Positions 38,510 to 51,245 of a stretch of DNA of 62,036 nucleotides are shown one piece after another (within the stretch, counting starts at the first letter, position 1; every line of letters begins with the position of its first letter). A program made the position numbers and the translations under genes. The stretch lies in the NCBI GenBank assembly GCA_001938485.1, contig MQRK01181462.1:70362-132397 (forward strand), written 5' to 3'. The notes under the pieces were generated by a model. That model worked only from the letters and a program-made list of their open reading frames with translations, did not search any database and was not told the DNA's origin. Source of the stretch: Girardia tigrina. Taxonomy: Eukaryota.

Positions 38510-39670
38510 AAATATGTCATATTCCATGAACGTCGTTAGAAACAGGAAGTCGCGAATTAATTATTCGTTTATTTCAAGAAAATTCACAATCAAGTCAGAA
38601 AACAATTGCCAGAAAGACAAAGGTTTGTCAGAAAACAGTTTCTAACGTTATTAAAAACTTCAATGAGAACTTGAACATTTTTAGAAAAATTGGTTCGGAA
38701 AGAAGAAAGGGTTTTTCGTGTACACATAATGTGAAGAAAGTAAAGGCTCTGTTCGAGATAAATCCTCATATATCAAATCGAAAACTAGCGGTAAAGGCAA
38801 ATTGTAGCGAGAAAGCAGTTCGGAAAATTAAACAGTCTGCGGGTTTAAAAACGTATAAAGCTCAAACAGTACCAGACCGGAACGCCAACAAGAATGTCAA
38901 GGCGCAGCAGCGAGCCAGAAAGTTGAAATCTGGTTTTCTTGCGAAGAAAAAATATTGCATTATGAATGATGAGACTTATATGCTCTGCGAGTTATCCCAG
39001 CTACCGGGACTAGAATTTTACTCTGCAACTAAGAGAGGAGGAGTTGAAGAAAAATTTAGAAGCAAGAAAAAATCTAAGTTTCCCAAAAAATTTCTTGTTT
39101 GGCAGGCTATATGTGGATGCGGGAAAAGGAGTAAATGCTTTGTCACATCTAGCACAATAAACACAGAAGTCTATGTGAAGGACTGCTTTTAAAAGCGTTT
39201 ATTACTATTCATAAGTCAGCTCGGAGATCTTGATTTTTTGGCCGGGTTTGGCATCGTGCCACAATGATAAGGCAGCCAAGAAGTGGTACGAAGACAATAA
39301 CGTCGATTTGGTGCAAAGAGAGGCAAATCCACCAAATTTTCCAGAGCTTAGCCCAATCGAAAGATATTGCATCCTGGTAAAAAAGCAATTAAAGACGACA
39401 AACAAGCGGGCACAGACAATTGCAGATTTTCGGAACAAGTGGAATAATGCAGGCAAAAACATGACAGAAACTACAATTGTAAGTCTAATGGCAAGCATTC
39501 AGTAAAAGCTCGCAGAATTTATTTAAAAAAATTAATAATCTTTCTTAGCGTACTAAAATTATTTTGAATTAAACACATTTTTCAAAACAGTCGGTATTTT
39601 TACAATCAAAAATATGGTATTGAAGATAGAGGATTTTAAAGTTAGTAATATTTTTCGCACTCAGTCAGTT
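38510..39670 (+). mobile_element. ITmD37E (DD37E)-type transposon, defective
   Basis: IMNDETY; FWPGLASCH (catalytic D mutated) ... NPPNFPELSPIERY with 37-residue spacing; stop and frameshift near 39190-39230. Confidence 0.85.
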
Positions 39671-39679
39671 TGAAGATTT

Positions 39680-40622
39680 AAAATGATAATGCAAGAAATC
39701 ATTAAATGTCCTCTCTTTCCCGTTTCCTCATTATAAATCACACCCGTTTAATCATTTGTCAATGCTGACTTTTTTAGTTTGATTGACATTGAGATTATTT
39801 CTTTCAATCGAAATCTGTAGAATTGTTTGATTTTTTTTCAGTCTCTACAATGTCAACGTTGCTCATGTTTTCCCTTGCATATGCGTTGAGACATAAAACA
39901 AATTTCAACAAATCTTATTCACAATTAATCATTTTACAACTCGAGCCATAAGATGGCGAAGATATTGAAGGATATTGAAGCTTTGTCTGTTGTTTTCTTA
40001 TCAGTTATTCTTTGTTTCAATGGGAATTCCAAATGTAGAGCCATGATCATTGACTACTGGTGTAACTCTTCTAATGCAAATGTCATAATAGCATATGCAG
40101 TCAATAAATTTATATCCCGGCAGCAGAGAGCCTTAACTACTACACTGAGAGGTTTCAGTGCTTGAGAAACGTTTGAAGCTACTTCAAAGTCTTTTTGTGA
40201 AAGCATTTGAAATTTTCCTATCAATAAAAGTATTTTGCAAAACTAGCTTAACTTTAAGGAACCCTTTGAGCATGTTATCCTTAACTACTCTAACCTATTT
40301 TAGAATCCTACACAAGATTCAGCTCCCTTGAAGAGTCTTTAACGATATGTTATTGCAAATATATAATTTTTTTAAATAACAGCATTTTACAATTTTTATG
40401 GCTTTCTCAATTACCTCCCATATTTGATTGTCAGGGACCGACGTAGAATCACTAACATATTGCATATCTATTTCAAAGCAGTACCTTGATTCATTTTCTA
40501 CGTCTGTATCTTCATTACTTGTTTCTTCCAACATTTGCTCGACCTCATTTAAAATTTCTGCTTGATGGAACTCCGTTTTAGCATTGTACAATGTGTCCAG
40601 AACAGCCAACTGAATTCCATGA
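39680..40622 (-). mobile_element. hAT (hATm-like) transposase remnant
   Basis: HGIQLAVLDTLY...VIEKAIKIVK, and downstream ALKPLSVVVKALCCRDINLLTA; multiple stops and frameshifts. Confidence 0.7.
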
Positions 40623-40642
40623 GTAAGATAAGAATAATAACT

Positions 40643-41058
40643 ATAATTTTTGCAATGAAGTCAAAATTCAAATTTTTAAGAGAGATTTAATAATCATCTT
40701 TTTGTAATAATCATCCATTGCTTTTAAGGATCTTCTTGCACGTAATACACTGCGCAGAATCTCTTAACCTTTCTCGCAAACAGTATTGTCAAATGCCTAC
40801 TTTTTTGAACACTACAAAATTCATCTATAAAATAATAAGAAATATATTTATATTTTATCAATATCAATATTATTGATATAAAAATGGGTTAGTATCAAAT
40901 TTAAATGTTTTTGGTATAATATCAAATAAAATATTTTATAATTAATTTATAAATTTTGATAAAAAATTGCTATAATATTATAATTATTTATGATATATTA
41001 TCATTATTAAATCTCTCTTTAAAATTAAATTTTGACTTTATCGCAAAAATTCAGCTAT
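40643..41058. mobile_element. MITE with ~50-bp imperfect TIRs, right end interrupted by the DD34E element
   Basis: aatttttgcaatgaagtcaaaattc...gagagatttaataat pairs with attattaaatctctc...aattttgactttatcgcaaaaatt. Confidence 0.6.
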
Positions 41059-41060
41059 TA

Positions 41061-42433
41061 TAGGATTATTCATAATTATATACCCATCTATTCAAAATTA
41101 TATATCCATCTATTCAAAATTATATACCCATTTATTCATAATTATATACCCATTTATTAGTATTATAGACAAAATAAATATTATTAAATTATTTTTTTAA
41201 TTAAGATTGAAGAAGATCTTAAAACGACAAACGGATAATAATGATTTATTTTACCAAGAATTTAATTAAATAAAATCTTCTCTTCTTCTAGCTCTTTCTA
41301 GCCATCTTCTCATATTTATAAAAAAATTTTCGACATTCCTGCGAATAATCATTTCTCGAACATAAAATCGAGTCTAATGTAGCCTCAATACATATTTCAC
41401 TGTTAGTATTTCTGGCCGAGTGATATCTAGATTTTATCATCGATAAAAATTCTTCGATTGGATTTAATTCTGGGGAGTACGGAACTGTATATTTTACTCG
41501 AATATTTCTGTTTTGAAAATATTGAGCTAAGAGTGCGGATTTATGAATGGCAGCATTGTCCATTATAAGTATTTTAGCGGGATTTGCCATTAGATAACTG
41601 CCCAAACCATTATTCAAAAACTCATTAAAGGTTTCTGATGTAAACGAACCTTGTTTATATTGATAAAACAATAAGCCTGAATCGTCAATGGCGCACATCA
41701 AGCTAATATTTTTTCCTTTGTTGGCATCTACATTTAAATGTGCCTTTGTATTTACGAGTGAATATCCATAGGATCTTGTCGTGTGTTTATTAAATCCCGT
41801 TTTGTCGAGAAAACAAGATTAGAATCCGAGATTCTACCGAGTTCGCATGCATAAATTGCTCGCATGTCTTTTTTATCTTCTGTATTTCTTTGTTTTGGCA
41901 CTAAAGTGAGCCGTCTTCTCCTTATTTGCATTTTGGATAACTTTCGCGATATTGTTATATTTTCATGATTCTCATTGATTGTAGCTAATTCTTTCTGAAT
42001 CAGACTATTATTACAAGAAACTGAATTAAATATCAATTGATCGATATTATTAAAAGTATTCTGTCTTATTCGGCATGTTTCCCTCATCTTGGTTGATGAT
42101 GACACGAATTCTTTCCCGTTTTCGTGATTTTGTATTTGTTTCCTAACCGTTTTACGATCGAGATTCAAAATATCGCAAATATATTTTATTGAGTGGCTTT
42201 GGTTATGATTCATGGAAATAATTACATCATAAATATCTTTTGTAATAGTTTTTCTTTCTTTTCTAGGTATTTAATAAGGCGTAAAAGTCTAAAAATATAT
42301 TAATTAAATTTTTTAACATTGGGTATATAATTTTGAATAGATGGTTATATAATTTTGAATAGATGGTTATATAATTTTGAATAGATGGGTATATAATTTT
42401 GAATAGATGGGTATGTAATTATGAATAATCCTA
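41061..42433 (-). mobile_element. IS630/Gambol-like DD34E transposon, full-length, with TIRs built from 22-bp tandem repeats
   Basis: TA flanks; termini taggattattcataatta; about 4 left and 5 right copies of attcaaaattatatacccatct. Frameshifted transposase (42213-41752 and 41701-41288) with ILIMDNAAIH...YSPELNPIEE. Confidence 0.92.
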
Positions 42434-43807
42434 TATTGTTATAGTAAAAAATCTAACTTTAATGACCTAAATATGCCAAAAAAGTGAAAAATTAACAAAA
42501 ATCAGAACACAATTAAGCTTCATAGTCCATAGCTTCTACTTTGAAGTTCATCTATCTATTTATCAGATATTCGTCCAGTCAAAAACCAAGTTAAAAGAAG
42601 TCACTAGAACATCAACAATATTTAATTAGTTCTAATATTTATAAATCTCATTAATAAAAAAGTCTTTTAATTTCCTTTAAGAAATTGATAAGAAATATAA
42701 TGTTTTGTTTATTTATTTATTTGGTTTGCGTAAAAATAAAAATATAATATTTATTTATGTATTAATATAATTATTTATTTATTGAAAATTTCATAAAAAA
42801 ACGAAATGCTGGCGGGGAAAATTAGGTTTTACTAAACATTTAGACAGTGTTAATGTCTAGAAAGTTTTTGTTTTTTAAAATATTTGATAAATATAATTCT
42901 AGTTAACTTTCAGAAGATTTTCATAAGTGTTTCTATGTGATAAATAAATTTATTTGTAAAACTCAATCAATAAATGTAAAAAATATTTATTTAATTTAGT
43001 TAAATAAAAAAAACTACTAAAATAAATTTTACTAAATAACTTGTTTTCATATTTTGTAATATTCTTTATCAAAAATATTTTTTTATTTGGTTATTGTCTT
43101 AAAATGCTTTTAAAATATGCAGTTTTATTTAATATTCTTATAAATATTTTTTTTAAGAAATTAAAATATATGACTTAAATATAGTGTATTAAAATTTCAT
43201 TTAAAATCAAAAATTGATTTATTAAAAAAACACATTTTAAAATAAATTTATGTTTATTTAATAATAATTTTCTTTTTTCGAAAAAAATTTCTAAATAGTA
43301 ACTAAAATTTAAAAAAAATTTCTCTAAAGATATTTAGAATAATCTAAAAATAATCGTATTATTTAGAATTTTCAAGTTAATAATCTTTGGGACTTTATTT
43401 TCATTTAATAATAATTTTCTTTATCTATTTTATAATTTTGATGAAAAAAATCGAATTTTTATATTTAACAAAATATTTTCTAAGAATTTAATTTTGCTTG
43501 TTTAAATTGCTTTTTATCTTAATTGATAATTAAAATATATTTTTTTCTCTTTTACTCTGTCAATTTTGATATATCAAATTACATTTATTAAATTATTAAA
43601 GATTTTCAATTTTAATAAATATTTAGATTTCCAAATAAAATAATTTCACGCAATTAAATTGGGCGACAATTTGTAATGGTTTTTGATTTGTTTATAATAT
43701 AATATATTGAGGACTGTTTTGTCTTATCAGTTTTTGATAGCACGATTTGTAATGTATATGCAATTATATATTCATTATTTTACATTAAATTAAAATTATA
43801 TTTCCAG

Positions 43808-43994
43808 TGCATCTATTCGAAGAAGTAGTATGAAAGATAAATCTCTGATGTCATGGAAGGAAGCTCGACAAGAAGCTTTAATTCGAGAGGTTGTAGAGCA
43901 AAAGATATCGGAACCAAAGACAGATTTAACTAATGATAATAATTTTTCTGCATCAAAGAAATTAATTCAGGACAACGAAACTGATAATGTGGAA
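43808..43994 (+). CDS. PPP1R16A: PPP1R16A/B-like exon
   Basis: ttccag| (S)ASIRRSSMKDKSLMSWKEARQEALI...DNVE |gtaagt; phase 2/0 matches the neighbouring exons; RRxS and AxQEA family-like motifs. Confidence 0.85.
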
Positions 43995-44588
43995 GTAAGT
44001 TATTTTGTTAATTAAATATGTACAATATTAATGATGTCTTGAATTTGGTATATTTATAATTTTGCAATTTTATTTAAATATATTTATTAATAAAATGACC
44101 TAATTAAGAGTCTTTTCAAAGATGTTATTTGTATCATTCTTAATCAACATTTTCATTTTTAGGTAATATAGATATTTGTTAAACATTAATTTCATGTATT
44201 CAGAGATTGGTATGTCCATGAAATATTCTCTTGATAAAACCATTCATAAAATAATACTTTTGTCTGTTATCACTAGAAAAAACGGCAAAATTTTAAAAGG
44301 TTTCCCTACAATATCTGACATAATTAATATGCACAAGGTTAATTAAATCTTATTAGATCTGTTGAAATGCTTATAAAGGTAGCAGATGTAAAATATAATT
44401 TATTCAACATCCACTCCCAAGAGGGAGAACAGAAAATAAACAAAAAATGAAAAAATAATATTAATTTTTTATAAAATTGTGCGTTTTCATTTAAAATGTA
44501 TTTCTTTTAATAGTTATTGTGTAATTATAAGTGAATATTTTTTTAATTCTTTAATAATACAATAAAAATAACAGCTGATATGAATAAC

Positions 44589-44633
<45 letters not shown>

Positions 44634-47064
44634 GACAGAATCCTAAGAGACCAAAATTAATTATTACAAAATTCATTGTTCTAAAATACCCTAAATTTAA
44701 AATTAGTTGTTTTGAGGAATATTTTAAATGTTATGTATGTTGTATTGTATTATGTTATTTATTCATTTTAAATTGAGTTTTTTAATTTTAAATTGAGATT
44801 TTTTATTTAAAAAATAATTAAATAATAATGGTAATGTAAACAGTTTTTATTTCCCCTGTATCATATTGCTTAAGTGTTAAGTAATATTAGTAAAATTTAA
44901 ATTCTTTAAAATTATCAAAATAATTTTAGAATAAAAATTTTCAAATTTATATCAAAAGTTTCAATTATAAATAAAAAATCTCTTGTACAAATTTTCTCTT
45001 TTCTTTTAACTTTTTCTGATAACCATTTTATTAACAGCATCACAATTTGAATGCAAACATTTATTTACAACACAAACAGATTCTTCACAACAATTTTCAG
45101 TGGTCATCTTTCTTTGATTAATATAGTTTTTGATTAATATATTCAAATCTAAAAAANNNNNNNNNNNNNNNNNNNNNNNNNNNNNNNNNNNNNNNNNNNN
45201 NNNNNNNNNNNNNNNNNNNNNNNNNNNNNTTTTTAAATAAACATTAATTTTTAAAATATGTTAAATTTAATAAGTTAAAATCATTTACTGAAAATATTAT
45301 TAAAATTCATAATTATCAAACTTTAATTAATTAGTACTTAAAATTAATACCATTAAATTAATTTCATTAGATTCAAATAATCAATCAATAAACATATCAA
45401 TCCCATCTGAGTAGGAGAGTCACAAATCTAAACAGCATACAAACAACAAACTTACAACATTCCAAATTATCCCTCACACATTTATTGTAATCCACATATT
45501 CAATTTAATTGCTTTTAATTTGATTCTGTATTGATTTATAAAAATAATTTTGTAATAATTAATTTTGGTATTTTGGGAATTAGGCCATTTAGCATTCAAT
45601 CATTTGGGATTTGGTCATTTGTCTGGATCCCAATAATAAACAGTAGTGCGTCTGATGGTACTGTATTCTTTAAGTTTGTTCGAGTCTCTCTTACTCGGTA
45701 CAAATGATTGTAATTAAAGCAAACAGTAGATTATTAATATAAATATTCTCTTACATTAAATAACTATCATAAACTATCACTTTCATACTACTTTCATACT
45801 TTCATTATTAATTTCATCGAACTATAATGTTCAAATTAGTAAAAAAACAAAAAAAATCTTTCAAATTATAAAAGGACTAACGATAATTAGATGCGACAGT
45901 CAGTTTAAAATAAAGAAACAGCAAAAGATTGATTACAAATTATATTTACGCAGAAATATTTGCCGGGAATCTGCTCAATTGTCAGATTTGTTTCGTTGGG
46001 ATAAAATATTTTCACTTTATTTCTTCTAACTTGATTTCAAAGGAAATTTAACAGATGAATGATTTTTCGGAAATAAGAATGATTTCTTTATTATTTATTA
46101 ATCATAAAGAAATATTTTTTACATAAAAAAGGAATTTAATTTATTTTTTAAAAAACGCAATATAATAATAATAAAAATAAAATATTTCAATGCAATCAAA
46201 GAATCTCCTGAGTCTGGTTGCTTTAACCTTACTAAACACGTACGAAAATTTAATTTGAACAAAAGTTCTGCTTTACCTGACTCAAGGCTTTTTAACAGTA
46301 TCCATTTTGTTTCCGCTTGCAAGTTTAAGGATCATTTTTAATGTATTCTTACTTGAATTGTTAAAATTTTATTAAATAAAACTAAAAACTATCTCATTCG
46401 TAATTTTAAAGATTTTGAAAAATTTTCAAACTGGTTTTGAACTGCTTGTTAAAAACAGCAGTATTAGTTAAATACAGATTCAGATCCGTTTTGACACGAT
46501 TTCATATTCAACAAAGTATAAAAACTGCAAATGAAATGATCATAAAAAATCCATTATATTCCGGTCAAATTCGAGATAAAATAATCCAATTGGACTCATG
46601 CAAATTTAGGTATTATAGTTGAAAGTTGCACTCAGATGGTCGCAATAAGAAATATTTTTAAAAAAATAGTGACGCCTAAAATTGTATTGTTTTATGATCC
46701 CCGTATCTTGTATGGTCTGAAATTACAAAAATAATAATACTAATTTTACATTAGTTATTAAATAACAATAATTTTCTGTCAAGTAAGACAGTGAAATCGT
46801 CGCTCTTAAAATTCAGTTTTAAAGGAAGTATGATATAAACTTGATATAACAAACATTAACAGAAACTCAATTAATTTAATTTAATTCAATATATAGTGGA
46901 TTGAAATTAACTGTAAATTGATGCCAATATGACTATTAATTATCTATGAATTTTTAGGAAATTTAACATTTTTATCCATAAATTAAAAGTAAGAAATTTA
47001 TTTAATATCTATTAAAATACATATTTATTTACATGTTCATATTTATTTCCTCGATCACCAGATA

Positions 47065-48326
47065 CTTAGGCTGTCCCAAAAGTCCTCAGGTGGCCTTTAA
47101 AAACACACTAATATTTTACCAAATTTAACCAAATTTGGACTGAATATTATTCAGACTGTCATAAATACTGTGCTAAAATTTCAAAGCATAAAATTAAAAA
47201 AAGTAAAATTTTGTTTTATTAAAGTATTGAAATTTTAAAAGTGCAGCGAATTCAAATCAAGCGGTTTTTAACAATGGAACCAAATTAATGTTGCTAACGT
47301 TTTTTTGTTCTAACTTAAAGTAAAAGAGGATTATCTGCTTCAGAAATTCTTCAGCAACTTCAGCAGGCATGGGAAGTCGCAAATCACCCAGCACTGAAAA
47401 CTATTCAACAATGGTTGACTGATTTTAAAAAAGAAAAGCGGACGTCCTTCGACGATTCATCAAGAAGTGGCAGGCCGTCATAAATAGACGATGAAAAGAT
47501 TAAAGCAGTCAAAGAAGTGATTGATGAAGCTCCAAATGCGACTTTGCGTTATATTGAAAATGAACTTTCTTTAGGCACAAATACAGTCCACAAAATTTTG
47601 CGTGAAAAACTTCATTACAAAAAAGTTTGCTCTGTTTGGGTCCCTCACGAACTTTCTGCTGCTAATAAACAACAACGCATTAACACTGCAAAGCATATAN
47701 NNNNNNNNNNNNNNNNNNNNNNNNNNNNNNNNNNNNNNNNNNNNNNNNNCGAGGATGAGACATGGGTCTTTTTCCAAGGTAGAGGAAAGAAAGAAGATCA
47801 CAAAGTTTGGATTTCTTCTAATGCTGTTCCACCAAAAGTGATAAAGCCATCGCCAATGACTGATAAAAAATCTCTTGTTTTCGTAACCTTTACCTGCAAC
47901 AAACGTTTTAAATGTAAAATCACTGCCATATGGTACCAAGATTGATTCCGAGGCGTATGTGAACTTTGTTCATGACACCGGTGAAAAATGGCGGAAACTT
48001 CTGAATTCTTTTTTAATTCTTTATCAACAGAAAAAAAATCAACTAGATAAACTTTTTAACTATTGTCAGTTGGTTATTGACAACAATGGTGAACATGTTG
48101 TTGCTTAAGAAATTTTTAAAATATTTTTTTTAAATAAATTTTAAAATTCGATGCATCTAATTTTTTTTGTTGGTTAATAATATTATTTTTTTGGTAAGTT
48201 TCAAATTTTATGCTTTGAAATTTTAACACAGTATTTATGAATAATATTCAGTCCAAATTTGGTTAAATTTGGTAAAATATTAGTGTGTTTTTAAAGGCCC
48301 CCTGAGGACTTTTGGGACAGCCTAAG
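47065..48326 (+). mobile_element. mariner with ~130-bp TIRs, internally deleted
   Basis: TA flanks; TIR cttaggctgtcccaaaagtcctcagg; WVPHEL and EDETWV motifs; the second and third catalytic D region is missing. Confidence 0.9.
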
Positions 48327-49195
48327 TATATATCTGCCTTTATAAGAAAGTCTATAAAGAATTTTTATATATGACAATAATAATTCGTTATGTCCTTGTA
48401 GTTCTCTTTGGCCGCCAAAATTTACATCTTCTACTTTATTATGACAACTATTTTCTGGTGACTGATTCTCATCTCATGAGTCTGGGAAATTTGTCATATT
48501 TGTCTTGATGTCTCTCTTTAATTTCATAAAATATACAATGACTGGATTGAGGAGTATGAATAATGGGCAAGTATACCATTTGATGATTAAAATACTGCAT
48601 CTTAAAAACTTTAAAAACTTAAAAAATTATGGTGCTTCCTCATTCGCATTATTACGAAATGAATATTTTTCATTACGATGTTTTATTATTCTAATCCTTA
48701 AACTTCCATATCATATGTTATAACCTAATTTCTATAATATTTTTATACTAATATTAAAGTTATACTTCAATAAATTTAAACATATTCCTTTAATCATTTA
48801 ATCTGCTTGGAAGGGCTCGCATTCTGGAAAAGGTGCTCAAAGGGATTATATACATTATTTCTAACTATTTATAATGAATATGCAACTTTATTTAATTATT
48901 ATATTGACGAGCCAGAAATATTTTAGAGGCGCTTTTAAAATCACAAACATAATTATAAAATAATTATGGTTCTTGTATCACCTGAACAATTAATATTATA
49001 TGAAGATTATAATTTTATTAACACAAAAACATTTTTATTTTTCTGAAAAAAATATTAATTTTTATTTATTCGTAAACCTCATAGCAGCATATAATTATAA
49101 TAAATGTTTAAAAAAATTAATAATTGATAAATATATTTTCTTTAACAATGAACGAAATTAGAGTAATGATGCTAACAAAGATTTCACTAATTTAG

Positions 49196-49675
49196 CAGAT
49201 TGATATGAATCAAGTAATGCTGGATGTTCAAGCTCGTTCTCAAAAAGAAGCATTTGTGCGTCGAGGATCCAGCCGAAACAGTTTCACTCATGCTCATCCA
49301 TATCATAGTCCTTCAAGAGATTTATCTCTGTTGGGAGATTCGGTTCGAGAGGAAACAATGACAGATACTATAAGTAATCCCGAAAAGCCGATCGCCAAAC
49401 CAGAAATTACTTCGTCGATTAGAAACAGCCACAGGAAACAAGTACAACCAAAGTCAGATTCTTATCAGATAGAATCCGTCAATTCCAACAGATCCAATGT
49501 AAATTATACAGATTCTCCGTTTGTTCGGACAACTGACTCAAGTCGACTAAGTCAAAGAACTGATAAACCTGTTACTAATAATTCCAGCAGACGAAAAGAC
49601 AATAGAAGTGAGAGAGAAATAGTACCTCCATTGATCAAACCCCAAAAAAATCAAGGATGTTGCGTTGTGATGTAA
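49196..49675 (+). CDS. PPP1R16A: PPP1R16A/B-like terminal exon with CAAX box
   Basis: tag|cag| tandem acceptor in phase 0; S/R-rich low-complexity tail ending GCCVVM* (family members end in CCxxM/S prenylation motifs). Confidence 0.85.
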   Translation, partial: QIDMNQVMLDVQARSQKEAFVRRGSSRNSFTHAHPYHSPSRDLSLLGDSVREETMTDTISNPEKPIAKPEITSSIRNSHRKQVQPKSDSYQIESVNSNRSNVNYTDSPFVRTTDSSRLSQRTDKPVTNNSSRRKDNRSEREIVPPLIKPQKNQGCCVVM

Positions 49676-50492
49676 ACCGAGAAAACGGCAACTTTCTTTG
49701 AGATAAATATCTTACTATTCAATATCCGTGATTTCTGAAATTGATTTATTATAATTATTATTTATTATTATTAATAATAATAATAATAATAAAAATATTT
49801 TAACCGATGTTTTTGCAAAATCTAGCATCTACAAAAAATGATATATTTTGCAAATTATTTTTGTAAAGAAAATTATTTTATTCATATTTTTACTCAAGTT
49901 CATTGAAAACTGAAGGCGAATTAACGAAACGAAATTTCTAATTTTATCAATAAATTTTTGAATTATTCTGATATTCGAATATTACAAAATGTTTCTTTTA
50001 TCTCCGGTCTTCCAGATTTGTTCAGTTGGTGTTTTGTGATGAATATCGATTTTTGTATCCATATTATTATTGATTTGTGTCCAGTATGGAGTGATATTAA
50101 TTGATTCCAAAGGTAATTATTGTGATAAATAAATTATTGGTATTATTTTTCAAATAAAATTGATTTTTCAAAATATTATGTTTTTTGCATTTTACTTTTA
50201 ATTTGTAAGTAGATTCAGTTACAAATAAATCTGTTTATTGTCTATTATCGGTAAATTTAAATATCTAAGAAGGACGATTTGATGAATTGGTTAATATTGC
50301 TTCGATATTCAATATAAATCAGGATGGCTGTACCCACAAGAGTCTACAACCACATCATTATGCAGTCAAATGAATTTCAACTACAAACATTTGATAATGA
50401 TCAACATAATTATAATATTTATATAATTATTAATATAAAAAATCTTATTTTGAAAGGCTTAAGTTCTATGCATTACATGTCTTCCAAAAACT

Positions 50493-50542
<50 letters not shown>

Positions 50543-51245
50543 AAAAAAATCACTAGGCACCGATTTTTCAGCACTTTTTTGAAAATGTTATTATGGAATC
50601 TGACTATTCATATTTGGGTTTCTATCCATAAGTTCAAATGCATCTTTCATATTTCACTTCCTTCAACTTCTACACCCTATGGACATTCTTAAACACTGCA
50701 CTATAATGCACAACATCTGAGTAAAGCACTAGGCATTGATTTTTTCGAAAATCTAAGATCATTTTCCCACTAATGACCTATGGATTCCTATACATGTGAT
50801 CAAACAGAATTTCGATATCTTACTACCTTGGGCCTCTATACCCTATGCGCATTCGGCCCACTTTACACTATAAAACACCACATGTCAATAATTGTCTTTT
50901 GTGCATTTTTTCGAAAATCTAAGATCATATTCCGACTATTTACTAATTGGTTTCTATACATGTGTTCAATCAGATTTTTGATATTGTGCTTCCATGGGTC
51001 TTTATACCTGTTAGGTTGGGAATTATCTTCCATTCTAAATCAAAAGAAATTAAAACTTGCAAAATTTATTTAAATTTCTACAAAATTTTAAATTTGTTAT
51101 TTAAAAAAATTTTCATTTTTTTATTTTCTTTTTTTTAAATTCTATTTTCCATTATTTTTTTTAATTTCGATTATAATTCGAAATTTTTAAAAAACCGAAT
51201 TTCCTATTTCTGAAAATTAAAAAATTAACAACAACACTCTCTTAC

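Noticed and set aside
44630-45630. Possible MULE-like element with partial inverted ends
   Set aside because: Only about 25 bp of the ends match, there is an N gap inside, and no TSD is evident.
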